A stretch of DNA of 64,000 bases from a virus (Duplodnaviria > Caudoviricetes), in the IMG/VR virus record IMGVR_UViG_3300021255_000136, positions 17,434 to 81,433 of that record; one strand, 5' to 3'. A model generated the notes under the pieces. The model had not been told where the DNA came from, searched no databases, and saw only the letters and a list, made by a program, of their open reading frames with translations. The stretch's first letter is position 1. Every line of letters starts with the position of its first letter. The position numbers were made by a program, and so were the translations under genes. Of the stretch, positions 46,884-56,769 are shown one piece after another.

Positions 46884-49190
46884 TTATCTGTGCCTCCCTT
46901 GGAAGATGTAGTAGATCTGAGCTGATACAATCGCCATGTCCATGTCTTTCATATTGTTCTCCAGCCTCATCGTGAAGTACTGGACTCTTCGACACATCGG
47001 CCTGCGTCTGTACACTTTGCCAAACCCAGATCCCGCTAGATTACGGAAGGACAGATCTCTTGGCACCAGAGCCCAGGATGTAGCCTTGAGCGGTGTAAGA
47101 TCTTTTCTCTCCTCATAATCCGTCATATAAGTAACATCGACCACTGAGTTAGTGGTCGGTCTCATGTTTATTATTACTGAATTAACATTCTTCTTGTTGT
47201 CATAAGTACCGAAGTACTGTGTGGCGAATCTATACACCTTGTCGATAGCCTCGCCGTAATCCGTATACACATCCGTGAACCGGGTCATCCTGCCTAAGCT
47301 GTCGAAGTGCCAGATCGTAGCACCGTCCTGTATGAAGCCCCTGCCGTAAACATTATTAAAGTAGAACCACGCCGGGTTCTTATAGTTGCTTACGTAGTAG
47401 TCCCAGATCCAGACCTCTCCGTCAACCTCCAGCCAGTACCTGTTCCCGTCATCGTGGGATGTGATCTTCTCCGGGTCCTTGGTTCTTACATCGTCCAGTA
47501 AACCGGTAGTCCATCTGCTGTTGGATGACTCTACCTTATGGCTCAGACATACGACGTTGTTCTCGTATGCGGACGATGTATTGGCCAGGAAATGAACACC
47601 CTGTACCGTGTTGCACCATGTCAGGTTGTTCTCGATCAGCTGTACAGTCCACGGCAGATCGCAGCCTATCTTCGCGTTGATAGGTGTGTAAGGAAGATCC
47701 AGTGTAGTTCTCCCCTCCACTGTCTGCGTATCTAAAGATGTCCTGCCGATAGAATTCTTCTTGAACACGATAAGAAACCCCTGCTGTTTGCCGAAGCAGG
47801 TTATCGGGTCAACCATGTCACCGGCAAGCTGGTACTGCGTCATCGGGAAGTACGACGGATCCATCGCCACTGAGTTCTGACCGTTCCAGAAGTACGCATT
47901 CGGCTGAGTCAACGACCCTGCCATTACGATAGCCAGAGCGCCGGTACCGCCATAGACCGCAACCACGTTACAGTCCATAATGTTATTAAACGCCACCGAA
48001 TTCTCCAGCTCATACGTCACATGGATCGTGTTGGTTATCTCCGGGTAGTACACAGTCGGTGCCACGAAGAACACCACCTTGTTACCATCCAGATAGTAAT
48101 CGCCTTTATCGTACACGACTCTGACGGTATCGCCTGTAGCAAAGTTCCTCGTAGCAGATACGCTGATCCCGTAAGCCCCTAAGTCAACTATCGTTCCATC
48201 AAGCTTCCACCCGGCTGACGGTAAAGCGTCATAGTCATACACGAACGACAGATCCGCATCCGTGGTAACTGCCCTACGCCATGTGGGATAGTCCACACTC
48301 GCCTGGATCACAGCGGATGAAGTCGAAACCGAGAACACTTCCTCCTCCTGTACAACGCCCTCCACCGTGATCTCTGTCAGCAGACTGCCGTTGATAGGCA
48401 GCTGGAACTCTTTCACAAAGTTATACTGTACCTTGACCGTACTGCCGTTACTCGGAGATCCGCCAATCGTTATGCCGTAGTCCAGAGGATTAACCGCAAC
48501 CCCGTTGTACTGCCAGCTCGATCCGTTGTACGTGAACACATACTCACCGGGAGTACTGGCGAACATACGGAAATATGCATCCTCTACGACCGCAGAAAGC
48601 CCTGTAGAGGCCACGGCATTAAGAGTATACGCAGCGTCATACCATAACGTCTTCTTCGCACTCAGCCTATTCTCCGGCTGATACACCGTGCCGGAGCCGT
48701 TCATGTAGGAGCAGTTGATGTACGTAACAGGTATGTACGCAGACACATCCGCGCCTTCGAACCCCTCTCCGTCATACTCGATCTCTACAAAGTATCCTCT
48801 GGTCTTGTAATACAGCTTCTCATTGTATGGAAAGAAGGTTCCGTGTACGTCAGACTCCAGCCCTTCATACACAGCCTCTGCTACTCCGTCTATCCCAACG
48901 GCATAAATCTTATCTCCGGCATGGATAAAAGCCTTACCGTTCCAGAGAGTGTCATAGGACGATCTGTACTCCCCCAGCTCGACATCACTCACCCATGCCT
49001 GGCCATTCCTGCAGCATAGGATACCGTCACGCCAGAGGAGGTTCTTCATCTCAGGCGTCTCATCGTTTTGAATGCGGTAGTCGAGTTCCTGCAGATTCAA
49101 TCCACCGTTCAGCTGTGGAAAATCTACAACGTACTCGCGCTTCGCACTCGGCATGCTTCCAAGACTTACATACCCGGCCATTACCACCAC
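46884..49190 (-). CDS. tail nozzle/hub (P22 gp10, T7 gp12-like)
   Basis: LNGGLNLQELDYRI..DETPEMKNL N-terminus, beta-propeller-like composition, position after the adaptor. Confidence 0.75.
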   Translation of the reverse strand: MVVMAGYVSLGSMPSAKREYVVDFPQLNGGLNLQELDYRIQNDETPEMKNLLWRDGILCCRNGQAWVSDVELGEYRSSYDTLWNGKAFIHAGDKIYAVGIDGVAEAVYEGLESDVHGTFFPYNEKLYYKTRGYFVEIEYDGEGFEGADVSAYIPVTYINCSYMNGSGTVYQPENRLSAKKTLWYDAAYTLNAVASTGLSAVVEDAYFRMFASTPGEYVFTYNGSSWQYNGVAVNPLDYGITIGGSPSNGSTVKVQYNFVKEFQLPINGSLLTEITVEGVVQEEEVFSVSTSSAVIQASVDYPTWRRAVTTDADLSFVYDYDALPSAGWKLDGTIVDLGAYGISVSATRNFATGDTVRVVYDKGDYYLDGNKVVFFVAPTVYYPEITNTIHVTYELENSVAFNNIMDCNVVAVYGGTGALAIVMAGSLTQPNAYFWNGQNSVAMDPSYFPMTQYQLAGDMVDPITCFGKQQGFLIVFKKNSIGRTSLDTQTVEGRTTLDLPYTPINAKIGCDLPWTVQLIENNLTWCNTVQGVHFLANTSSAYENNVVCLSHKVESSNSRWTTGLLDDVRTKDPEKITSHDDGNRYWLEVDGEVWIWDYYVSNYKNPAWFYFNNVYGRGFIQDGATIWHFDSLGRMTRFTDVYTDYGEAIDKVYRFATQYFGTYDNKKNVNSVIINMRPTTNSVVDVTYMTDYEERKDLTPLKATSWALVPRDLSFRNLAGSGFGKVYRRRPMCRRVQYFTMRLENNMKDMDMAIVSAQIYYIFQGRHR

Positions 49191-49819
49191 ACCCCAGTAT
49201 TGAAGCCGCCATAGACGTCATCTATCTCGTTCACCTCTGTATACTCAGGTGTCGGAGCCAGCCTCTGAAGCCTCGTTTCAAACTCGTTGTATAGTGCGGA
49301 ATATCTGAAGGGGTCGTCGTACATCACAAGAAACGCCGCTACGTAGAACGGCATGATGTCATTGATCTCATCCGGATTCCTCAGCACATACGTGTCAGGC
49401 GGATTCTCCGGAAGCGGTGTGACCCTCTTTCTGTATTCTAATATAGTAGAATCAGGGAGACCTTTCGGACACAGCAGCTTATTCCCGCCATACAGTCTGT
49501 ATCCGCTGTACCTGTGCATCACCCTCTGCCATGACTTACCACGAGGGATTATCAGGCCGGGTTTCATCTGCATACAGTCATCCGGTAAGTGATAAAGCAT
49601 GTTGTTATCATCCAGCTCTTCACAATCCAGGTCCTTCAGTAGGATGCTGTCCTCGATCTTCCGTATCTGATATATGTAAGATTGAACGCTATCCAGCAGC
49701 GGCGGTATCATCGTTACATAGTCTTCCTGATTGTTATACGTCAATTCGATGTTGTCCCCAGCTATTGAATAGGAGAAGATCAGCTGGAGTACTCTTTTCT
49801 TAAATTGTCCATATGTCAT
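49181..49819 (-). CDS. head-tail adaptor (P22 gp4/T7 gp11-like)
   Basis: Position between capsid and nozzle; YHLPDDC..MK and IMPFYVAA patterns. Confidence 0.65.
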   Translation of the reverse strand: MTYGQFKKRVLQLIFSYSIAGDNIELTYNNQEDYVTMIPPLLDSVQSYIYQIRKIEDSILLKDLDCEELDDNNMLYHLPDDCMQMKPGLIIPRGKSWQRVMHRYSGYRLYGGNKLLCPKGLPDSTILEYRKRVTPLPENPPDTYVLRNPDEINDIMPFYVAAFLVMYDDPFRYSALYNEFETRLQRLAPTPEYTEVNEIDDVYGGFNTGVWW

Positions 49820-49844
49820 TCGGTTCTTCTCCTTACTAAAAGAT

Positions 49845-49876
49845 TAGCGGGAATGCCGCTAAAGACATTCCCGCTA
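49845..49876 (-). terminator. terminator after the major capsid gene
   Basis: TAGCGGGAATG/CATTCCCGCTA 11-bp stem, followed by ATCTTTT on the minus strand. Confidence 0.65.
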
Positions 49877-49888
49877 TAAGTTTGGCTA

Positions 49889-52302
49889 TCAGCCGATGTT
49901 CAGGATGACATCAGCAAATGCGACCGGCTTGTCGGCAGAATCGACTTCGACGATACGTGCCACAGTGTGACCAGCGGTCGGAGTGATCTCCACGTAGTTG
50001 ATCGGATTGTTGGAAGCATCCTTCATCTCGGTCCAGTTTGCAGTGGTGATTGCAGTACCATAGGTAATTGCAGTCAGACCAGATGCAGCAGCAGCGGTCA
50101 TGTAGTACCACTTATTGCCGGTAGCGTTGAGCTGGCCATTAACAATAATGGTGGTCTTACCAACGGCAGTTGCAGCAGTCATAGCGTCCATAGTCTTGAA
50201 CACAGACTGACCACCGTGGTAGTAAATTGCATGCCGCTTTTCGTTAAGAACGAAAACATCATAAATGGTTCTTCCTTCGCATTTAATTTTTTGTTACCGT
50301 AGAGGCTTTTTATCCTCTACTTCTCATGGTTTCCCATGAGGTCAGCGTACATTTTCACCCTCGATATACGGTCGGGTGTTGAGGTCTCTTGGGGGAATTA
50401 TATTTGTTCATCCCCTACGCGTTACGGTGTCTTCCAGCCTTTCGCAATCTGGGAGATTACCTCGGTATTAGCTTGCCACTATGGTTTAGCTTTCACCGAT
50501 TTACCTCAATTCGTTAGGTAGATTACGCTACCCTCTGGCCGAAGGTGTTGACCAGCCAACCGGAGATTCCGGGAGGATCGTCATGAATGCGATACAATTG
50601 TGTTATCCTACAGGCTTTTTATCCTGTAGTTCTTATGGTTTCCCATAAGTTCAGCGTACATCATCTTCCTCTATAATAGTAGGAAGCCGGATACTCTTGC
50701 CAGGATTATCCATCTACTTTTGTAGTTCCACCTGGTACGCGTTACGGTGTCATAGGTGATTTAATTCCTATGCTTACCTCGGTATTAGCTTGCTGCTTTT
50801 TCTTCAACGTATTGCCAATGATAGCCATACATGGTTGGGCGTTTGCCTCGACACACATTCCCTATATTGGAAGGAAAGCCGCCGCAAGCATCTGCCGCAG
50901 CTTTCAATGTCGGGAAGATCTCTCCAGTCTCAACACAGAGAACGCTTCTCGCCGATCCATGATTCGCCCCGCTATTCGCCGCGCTTATCTTCTTTTTAGA
51001 CTCCTCTGTATGATGGTGGCCATAAAAAGTAGCATTCTCTCCCGTATGTGTATGATTAGCAGGATCGGAATAAAATTCTTTCCAGTGCTCACTCATCTTT
51101 TTCCGGGCTTCCTCACTCTGGTGTTTCCCATACATCGGATGGTCTTTCCCGGAATAGTGCTTACCACCTGTACAACCCTCTCCGCCATCGGTCATGTTGT
51201 ATCCATACTTCTTTCCATAGCGAACAACGTTAGTCTTGTATTGGGCGATCAATTCCATCTCTTTCTGGCTTGCTTCTTCGAGTGTAAGGCCTTCATAGAG
51301 GATCTCATGTTCAAAAGAATCCCAACCGTATTTTATAATAGCATTTGCAAAAGCCGGATGATTAAAAACGCCGTAGGTCTTTTTTAAATAACGGCATCCG
51401 TTATGACCCCAGCGTCTCTCAGGCTTTTTATCTGTTATTCCAAAATACTTCTTCCCATTAATTTTGTTAGTATGGCAATATACTGTGTACAATTATCTTT
51501 CTCCTGTTAATTATAAAGCAGTTTAGCCTTCACCGATTTTACCCGGTTTATTTATCGCGGATCACGCCGCGAGAGGACAATCGTGTCTATCCTCGAGCTG
51601 TTTCGGGCCGACAGCAGCATCGGAGTGTGCAATAAGGAATGCAGCACCAGCCGGGAGTCTGCTGGACGGAACCTTAACAATCTTGCATCCATCGATCTCA
51701 CCGAGGATGCCTTTGATTACCATATCCTGGGACTTGTCAGAATATTTGACAAATGCCGGATCCTGCATCATGAAATTCGCGAATTTGTAGGTGCAGAAAG
51801 CCACACGACCTGCTTCAGGTACGTTGTGTTCGCCAAGATACTCCTGACCTGTGAGGAATGCCTCGTAGGCATTTGCCTTAGTAATCGCGGTAGTTGCAAA
51901 GCCACCAGCTGCCTGTGCAGCTTCTGCAAGAACTTTGAATGCATAAGTATCAAATTCAGGAACAACAACTTCCTTCAGCTGACGGGCCAATGCCTGACCT
52001 GCGTCACTAACCATTTCACTTTGCAGTTTGTCACCCTTATCGATGATGAACGTGAAGGAACGGTCCTTCGTCACCGTAAGAGTTTGTACATTTCTTGTCA
52101 AATCATCCGGAGTGCCATAGCGGGCCATGCCACCACGGACGTAGTCATGCATAACAGCAATAGGAATGCTGTAGACTTTGACGGTTTTTTCACCAGTAAA
52201 ATCATATTTTGCGCCAAGCGCGAGCTGGGCTTGGCTGTCGAATGTCCATCTTTCATCTACGATAGGACTATATTTGGTTGCTAAATTAATACCACCGGGC
52301 AT
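49889..52302 (-). CDS. major capsid protein, spliced from three exons (51589-52302, 50551-50594, 49889-50279), 382 aa
   Basis: Joining gives a continuous frame ...GPKQLED|YRIHDDPPGISGWLV|EGRTIYDVFVLNEKRHAIYYHG..., the usual C-terminal HK97-fold capsid pattern; 714+44+391=1149 nt. Confidence 0.9.
50280..50550 (-). ncRNA. group I intron 2 (271 nt, no ORF)
   Basis: P1 CUGGU/GCCAG with U.G at the splice site; P10 CCUUCG pairs perfectly with the 3' exon CGAAGG; P3 UUGAGGU/ACCUCAA; P7 GCGUA/UACGC; terminal G. Confidence 0.9.
50595..51588 (-). mobile_element. group I intron 1 (994 nt) carrying a homing endonuclease
   Basis: The 5' exon ends in U and the intron ends in G. P1 GAGGAU/GUCCUC with a U.G wobble at the splice site; P4 UCGGU/ACCGA; P7 GCGUA/UACGC; terminal P9 hairpins. 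Confidence 0.9.
50785..51492 (-). CDS. intron-encoded GIY-YIG homing endonuclease with NUMOD3/NUMOD1 DNA-binding tail
   Basis: AGGAG RBS and TTG start; TVY.HTNKINGKKYFGIT (GIY-YIG); YGYNMTDGGEG; H.EE.KKKIS repeats; C-terminal HTH VLCVETGEIFPTL..AA...YGYHW. Confidence 0.9.
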   Translation of the reverse strand: MYTVYCHTNKINGKKYFGITDKKPERRWGHNGCRYLKKTYGVFNHPAFANAIIKYGWDSFEHEILYEGLTLEEASQKEMELIAQYKTNVVRYGKKYGYNMTDGGEGCTGGKHYSGKDHPMYGKHQSEEARKKMSEHWKEFYSDPANHTHTGENATFYGHHHTEESKKKISAANSGANHGSARSVLCVETGEIFPTLKAAADACGGFPSNIGNVCRGKRPTMYGYHWQYVEEKAAS

Positions 52303-52360
52303 AATTAATTTCTCCTTTATTAATGTCCTGCGGTAGCGACAGTCACGCGACTGTCAGGGA

Positions 52361-53317
52361 TTAATTGTTGTAGGCGTTAAAACCTTTCATAAACGGATCT
52401 TCCGCGCCTACATTCGTAGCGCCGCCCTTAGCGACGCCTCTGACAGGTGCGCGTCGAGCCGCCTCCGCGTTTTGTTTTAATGTCTTATTCTCTTTGTTGA
52501 GACGGTCGTTGTCGGCTTTAGTCTGCCTCTGAATGTACTTCGTATAAGCTGCGACAAGGGTCTGACCACTCAGAGTTGCATCCACTACTTCCTTAGGAAG
52601 CGTCTGTCCTCGTAACTCGGGATAAGTTTCCAGGAGAACAGCTACCTCAGGTGCGAAGTCACGTTGACCTGCTTTCGTAGTCGTTTCAGTCTCTTCGGGC
52701 TCTTCCTGTTTCGGCTTCCGGTTCTTCAGTACACTGTCTTCCACTTCCTTGATCTTCCGAGTGACGGTATCCTTCGCAATGGTCGGATGCACTTTCTCGT
52801 TGGTCAGTCTCTGGATCTCAGTGTCTTCGTAACTCTTTCTCGCCGCGTCGAGCATAGATTTCACACTGTCGTAACCAAGGATCTTGGCTACTACTTCAGC
52901 CTGTTCCAGTTCGGCATTCTTAGCATTTAGCTTTGTACGGAACTTGTCCGCTGCATATGCCTTCTGGTACAGATCAGGCAGTTCTGATTGATCGATCTCC
53001 ACGCTTTTAACCTTGTGGTTAATGTTTGCGTCGAATCTGATCTTGGTTGGCTGCTCTTCCGGTTGTTCCTGCGTGGTAGGCGGTTCTTCCGTGGTAGCCT
53101 CAGATTCTACGTCCTCTTCAGCTTCTGTACCCGTGGTGGGGGCCTCTTCTGATTCTTCCGTTCCATTTTCCTCAAATGCCTGCTCTAAGGTCGGAGACTC
53201 GTCAGTCTCTTGTCCAGAAGCCCAGGCAAAGAAGTCTGTCGTACCATCCCAGCCGTCCGGAAGGATGACATCGTCCTGAGTAGTAGTGGATTGAACCTGT
53301 TCGTTTTCGTTTTCCAT
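52361..53317 (-). CDS. capsid scaffolding protein (likely start ATG 53317)
   Basis: Acidic N-terminus, long helical body, directly upstream of the capsid gene. Confidence 0.75.
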   Translation of the reverse strand: MENENEQVQSTTTQDDVILPDGWDGTTDFFAWASGQETDESPTLEQAFEENGTEESEEAPTTGTEAEEDVESEATTEEPPTTQEQPEEQPTKIRFDANINHKVKSVEIDQSELPDLYQKAYAADKFRTKLNAKNAELEQAEVVAKILGYDSVKSMLDAARKSYEDTEIQRLTNEKVHPTIAKDTVTRKIKEVEDSVLKNRKPKQEEPEETETTTKAGQRDFAPEVAVLLETYPELRGQTLPKEVVDATLSGQTLVAAYTKYIQRQTKADNDRLNKENKTLKQNAEAARRAPVRGVAKGGATNVGAEDPFMKGFNAYNN

Positions 53318-53339
53318 AAACAAAAATTCCTTTGTATAC

Positions 53340-53600
53340 CTCCCATGGTGAGGGAGAAAATTTATATTCACCGGCATGGTGAGCCGGGATATAGCAAGTA
53401 AAGGCGGTTGTAAACGATTGATTGCAGGAGTTACCCCGTGTCCAAAACAACTGAGCCGCATCAGTTTCTAAGTTGCGGGTGCTAGCTCTGCCCTAGCGCG
53501 CTCCGGTTTATGGGACCGGCGAGATTGACTGACTCCTCTAACCCGCAATAAGTAAGGCAGTGAGCTGGTTGCCACTCACTGCCTTTGTGATTTATCGAAA
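53340..53600 (-). promoter_or_regulatory. structured 5' leader of the scaffold gene with twin UCACCAU-loop hairpins
   Basis: CCGGC-UCACCAU-GCCGG (53371-53387) and CUCCC-UCACCAU-GGGAG (53340-53356), plus further stems at 53477-53545 and 53557-53584. Confidence 0.55.
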
Positions 53601-53623
53601 GAGGGACTTCCCCTTAATCGATC

Positions 53624-53785
53624 TCAATTGTCTTTTACGAAGATCATGTACTTGCCGTGAGGACCGACGGTCTCCACCCAGCGGCCTTTCTCGACTTCGA
53701 CTTCTTCAGCCGGGATCTCTTCAGCAATTACTTCTTCCTGAATAATTTCTTCAACCGGCTCTTCGACTTTCTTTTTTCTAGCCAT
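53624..53785 (-). CDS. small acidic protein (53 aa)
   Basis: GGAGG RBS; MARKKKVEEPVEE..., read by hand. Confidence 0.6.
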   Translation of the reverse strand: MARKKKVEEPVEEIIQEEVIAEEIPAEEVEVEKGRWVETVGPHGKYMIFVKDN

Positions 53786-53797
53786 TTATGTATCCTC

Positions 53798-55906
53798 CTA
53801 CATAGACCCCTTCTGGACCAGCGCCTTCTGAGCTGATCTGGGGAGGTCATTATATTTAGCCTGGATAGCTGTGGGCAGATTACTGATAGCTTTCTCAGCG
53901 GAGATGCTGCCACCCATAGCCGGAGATCCAGCGTTCTGGAATGCTACCGGCGGGGTCTTGGATACCTGCGGCCCCTGCTGCCCGGGCATCATCTGACCCT
54001 GAGCTGCAAGATCCGTCTGCTGCATAGCGGCTGTCTGCTGTGCCACCTCAGCTGTACGCTGCTTGATGGAGTCGATCAGCTCCTGCTTGCGCGTGATAAG
54101 CTTATCAGGTATACGCTCCAGATAGTCAATAATCTCCAGCGTACCATCACGACGGAGGTTATCCAGCGTCTGTACCATAGCAATCTCGGAGTAATAGGTA
54201 GTAGCACCAACCTGAGCATCAACGTTAAGGAACAGATGTTTGAGCTGGTTGAAGTCAAACTCCTCAACCACTCTGCGCTTAACCTTCTGCGTCATCATCT
54301 GGCCGGTGGTCGGATCGATCATAGGTGTGTCCCCATTGCCCATGGAAATATCATCGAAGGAACGCTCCCTGACAAGAGGACGCTTACCGTAGTAAGTACC
54401 CATCATATCCAGCAAAATCGCGCCTATGTCTTCGACCCACTCATGCAGGCCAGCTCTTGTGTTCTCCAACGGCACTTCCGCTGACGATTGCAGAACCATC
54501 AACGCTGACGTATTATCCGGACGGACGTTACCCATCTGAGCGTCCGTAGCACCGAGGCAATCCCTCGTATACTGCATAACCCGGTCAATACACATCACGA
54601 TCTGGTTCGACATGTCAGCAGGCTGCAGGGAGGTAGCAACGTCACGCAAGGACGTACCAGGCTGCAGGTTATGAACACCGATAGCCGCGCCGACTTCGTT
54701 ATTCCAGTTCCCTATCAGATCCGCGTTGTAGATCGTCTTTGGGAATGACTGGAGCTGGAGATGCCGGAAGATCATGGCCATCATACTATTAATGAAAATC
54801 TGGTTCGGAACAATGCCCGTTACCAGAGCTCTGCCATGATACTGGTTCTTCTGCTTCTCCCAGTTACCCCATGCTATTGGGTAACGACTGAGACCTGTAT
54901 CGACATCCTCATAGATGATCCTCGTCTTGGTGGCTTTCGTTACATGCACAGAAGTAACCAAGCGAGTAGCACCCTTCTTCTTGTAAACAGGGTTACCGTT
55001 AGAATCGATTACAGGCGTACCATCCTCCGCAGTCTCCTGGATAGGTTCGCCATTATCATCGAGTACATCGACTTGTTCCTGGAGTCCGGTCTCCTCATTG
55101 ATGACCGGCTTCTCCTCCGTAACTTTGGTGTAGAGAATTCCATACAAAGCCTTCCCAGTCTTATCATCAGTACGAGATATCTCAGTTTTGCCGCCCACGC
55201 CGATCTGCCACTGCCACTCGGAGTCGGAGAGCATACTGTCAATAACAATATCGTCTTCCGCCTTACCGCCGCGCTTCTCGTCGGACTTGGCGAACTGTTT
55301 GGCCTCCCATTTCAGATTCTCAACAGTGTCCCTTCCGAGGATCAGGATATAGGGCTGAGACTCAACATCCGGTGTATTCGGGTTACCAAACATGACGTTG
55401 ATCCCATCCACCAGTTCCATTTCTATCTCGCCCTTATGAAGACCAAACGCACCTCCATACGGAATCGCATCAGGATTCCAATAGAAGTGCGCACAGTAGT
55501 CACCGGACACAGCGCCGTCGAACAATGCCTCGCGGATGCGGTACTCCATCTTGAACTTCTCAAAAAGATTCCGGACCTCCGCTGTAGCAATCACTGCCGC
55601 ATTGGACTCCGGATCTTTCATGTTGTCGCCGTCATAATAGGACAGCGGTTCGAAGTTGATCGTTGTATTCGAACTTGTTAATGATGCTACGAACAGACTC
55701 GTTACACGCTTGATAATGTTAAACGTTGGTCGGGCCAGTCTTTGCATCGCCGGAGTTTCATTTATATGAAGCCACTGGTTACCGGCAAAGAACTCGGTAT
55801 TGGTGTTGACTAGGTTGTACTGATTCGGAACAAGCTGGTTGTTATAGGCACGGCCTGATTCGTAATACGTCCACAAGTCGGTCTTGTTGTTCTTTTCGTC
55901 CCTCAA
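53798..55906 (-). CDS. portal protein (P22-like)
   Basis: 702 aa between terL and scaffold; FFAGNQW, RPTFNIIKR and YHGRALVTG..PNQIFIN motifs; C-terminal Q-rich barrel. Confidence 0.85.
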   Translation of the reverse strand: MRDEKNNKTDLWTYYESGRAYNNQLVPNQYNLVNTNTEFFAGNQWLHINETPAMQRLARPTFNIIKRVTSLFVASLTSSNTTINFEPLSYYDGDNMKDPESNAAVIATAEVRNLFEKFKMEYRIREALFDGAVSGDYCAHFYWNPDAIPYGGAFGLHKGEIEMELVDGINVMFGNPNTPDVESQPYILILGRDTVENLKWEAKQFAKSDEKRGGKAEDDIVIDSMLSDSEWQWQIGVGGKTEISRTDDKTGKALYGILYTKVTEEKPVINEETGLQEQVDVLDDNGEPIQETAEDGTPVIDSNGNPVYKKKGATRLVTSVHVTKATKTRIIYEDVDTGLSRYPIAWGNWEKQKNQYHGRALVTGIVPNQIFINSMMAMIFRHLQLQSFPKTIYNADLIGNWNNEVGAAIGVHNLQPGTSLRDVATSLQPADMSNQIVMCIDRVMQYTRDCLGATDAQMGNVRPDNTSALMVLQSSAEVPLENTRAGLHEWVEDIGAILLDMMGTYYGKRPLVRERSFDDISMGNGDTPMIDPTTGQMMTQKVKRRVVEEFDFNQLKHLFLNVDAQVGATTYYSEIAMVQTLDNLRRDGTLEIIDYLERIPDKLITRKQELIDSIKQRTAEVAQQTAAMQQTDLAAQGQMMPGQQGPQVSKTPPVAFQNAGSPAMGGSISAEKAISNLPTAIQAKYNDLPRSAQKALVQKGSM

Positions 55907-55917
55907 CTAGTCATCAC

Positions 55918-56163
55918 CTACTCCTTATTCTGCGCCAGCCCGTATGCCATATCGGGGTTATAGGCCATCAGTTCACGGAAAGCTTTCTGATCCGCAATAA
56001 GTTTTTCGCGCTCCTCACGGATCTGAGCTATCTCCTCTTCCGTAGCCTCGGAGGCATCGATATCCGGCTTCTTAGCTTCAAACGTGATCTTGCCAAACCA
56101 GAAGCCAAATAAGAAAAGCCCGATACCTACTAAAGCACCGAGCATACCCATTATAGCTTCCAT
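55918..56163 (-). CDS. small membrane-anchored protein
   Basis: N-terminal TM helix; 81 aa. Confidence 0.65.
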   Translation of the reverse strand: MEAIMGMLGALVGIGLFLFGFWFGKITFEAKKPDIDASEATEEEIAQIREEREKLIADQKAFRELMAYNPDMAYGLAQNKE

Positions 56164-56164
56164 A

Positions 56165-56755
56165 TTATACCGGCTTCTTCTTTCTCAGCTGATCGAGCAT
56201 CGGTTCCTCCTCGACATCCGGGAGTTCCGTAGTCTCATCTTCTGTACCAGTGCCTTCTGCCGGTTCATTGCCAGTTTTGTCCACGCCCAGAGGCCCATTA
56301 AGAGGAAAGGGTATATCCTCATCCGGTTCCTCCACTTCGGGCTCTGCAGCACCGCCAACGTCTGCTCTGGCCTCATCCAGTGCTGCGATCACTTCCTCAT
56401 CGGAAGCGCCTTCACCGGGATTGAACTCCTCGTCCAGTCTGAAGGCCTCTGCCTTTGCATCAGCCTCGGCAGTATCGCCCTCATACGTGGTACCGATCTG
56501 AAGTTCCATAGGATCGTCGCCCGTCTTCATCAGAGTCTGTGCATACTGCTCAAGCTCTGTACGGCCATGACGTTCCAGGATCTCATCGCCCACAGACTCA
56601 ACCGGTGTAAGAATAACGGCCTTGTCGCCAGCATCGTTAGCAAACGTCATAAAGAAATCACTCTCAGGAAGAGGACGCACTTCAACAGACAGATCGCCCT
56701 CGTCGCCTAAGCCTCTATTCGCTGGGATAGCAAATCCCTGATTCTCTTCATCCAT
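56165..56755 (-). CDS. acidic hypothetical protein
   Basis: AGGAG RBS; 196 aa, D/E-rich. Confidence 0.7.
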   Translation of the reverse strand: MDEENQGFAIPANRGLGDEGDLSVEVRPLPESDFFMTFANDAGDKAVILTPVESVGDEILERHGRTELEQYAQTLMKTGDDPMELQIGTTYEGDTAEADAKAEAFRLDEEFNPGEGASDEEVIAALDEARADVGGAAEPEVEEPDEDIPFPLNGPLGVDKTGNEPAEGTGTEDETTELPDVEEEPMLDQLRKKKPV

Positions 56756-56769
56756 AATATATCGTCTCC

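Noticed and set aside
51562-51588. Capsid ORF ending at RHDCPLAA-stop, with 49889..50203 as a separate decoration gene
   Set aside because: Those residues are intron sequence, and splicing joins both parts into one frame.
53318-53461. N-terminal extension of the scaffold ORF to 53461, and ORF 53728..53913
   Set aside because: The extension runs through the structured leader, and the better-supported small gene is 53624..53785 with a GGAGG RBS.
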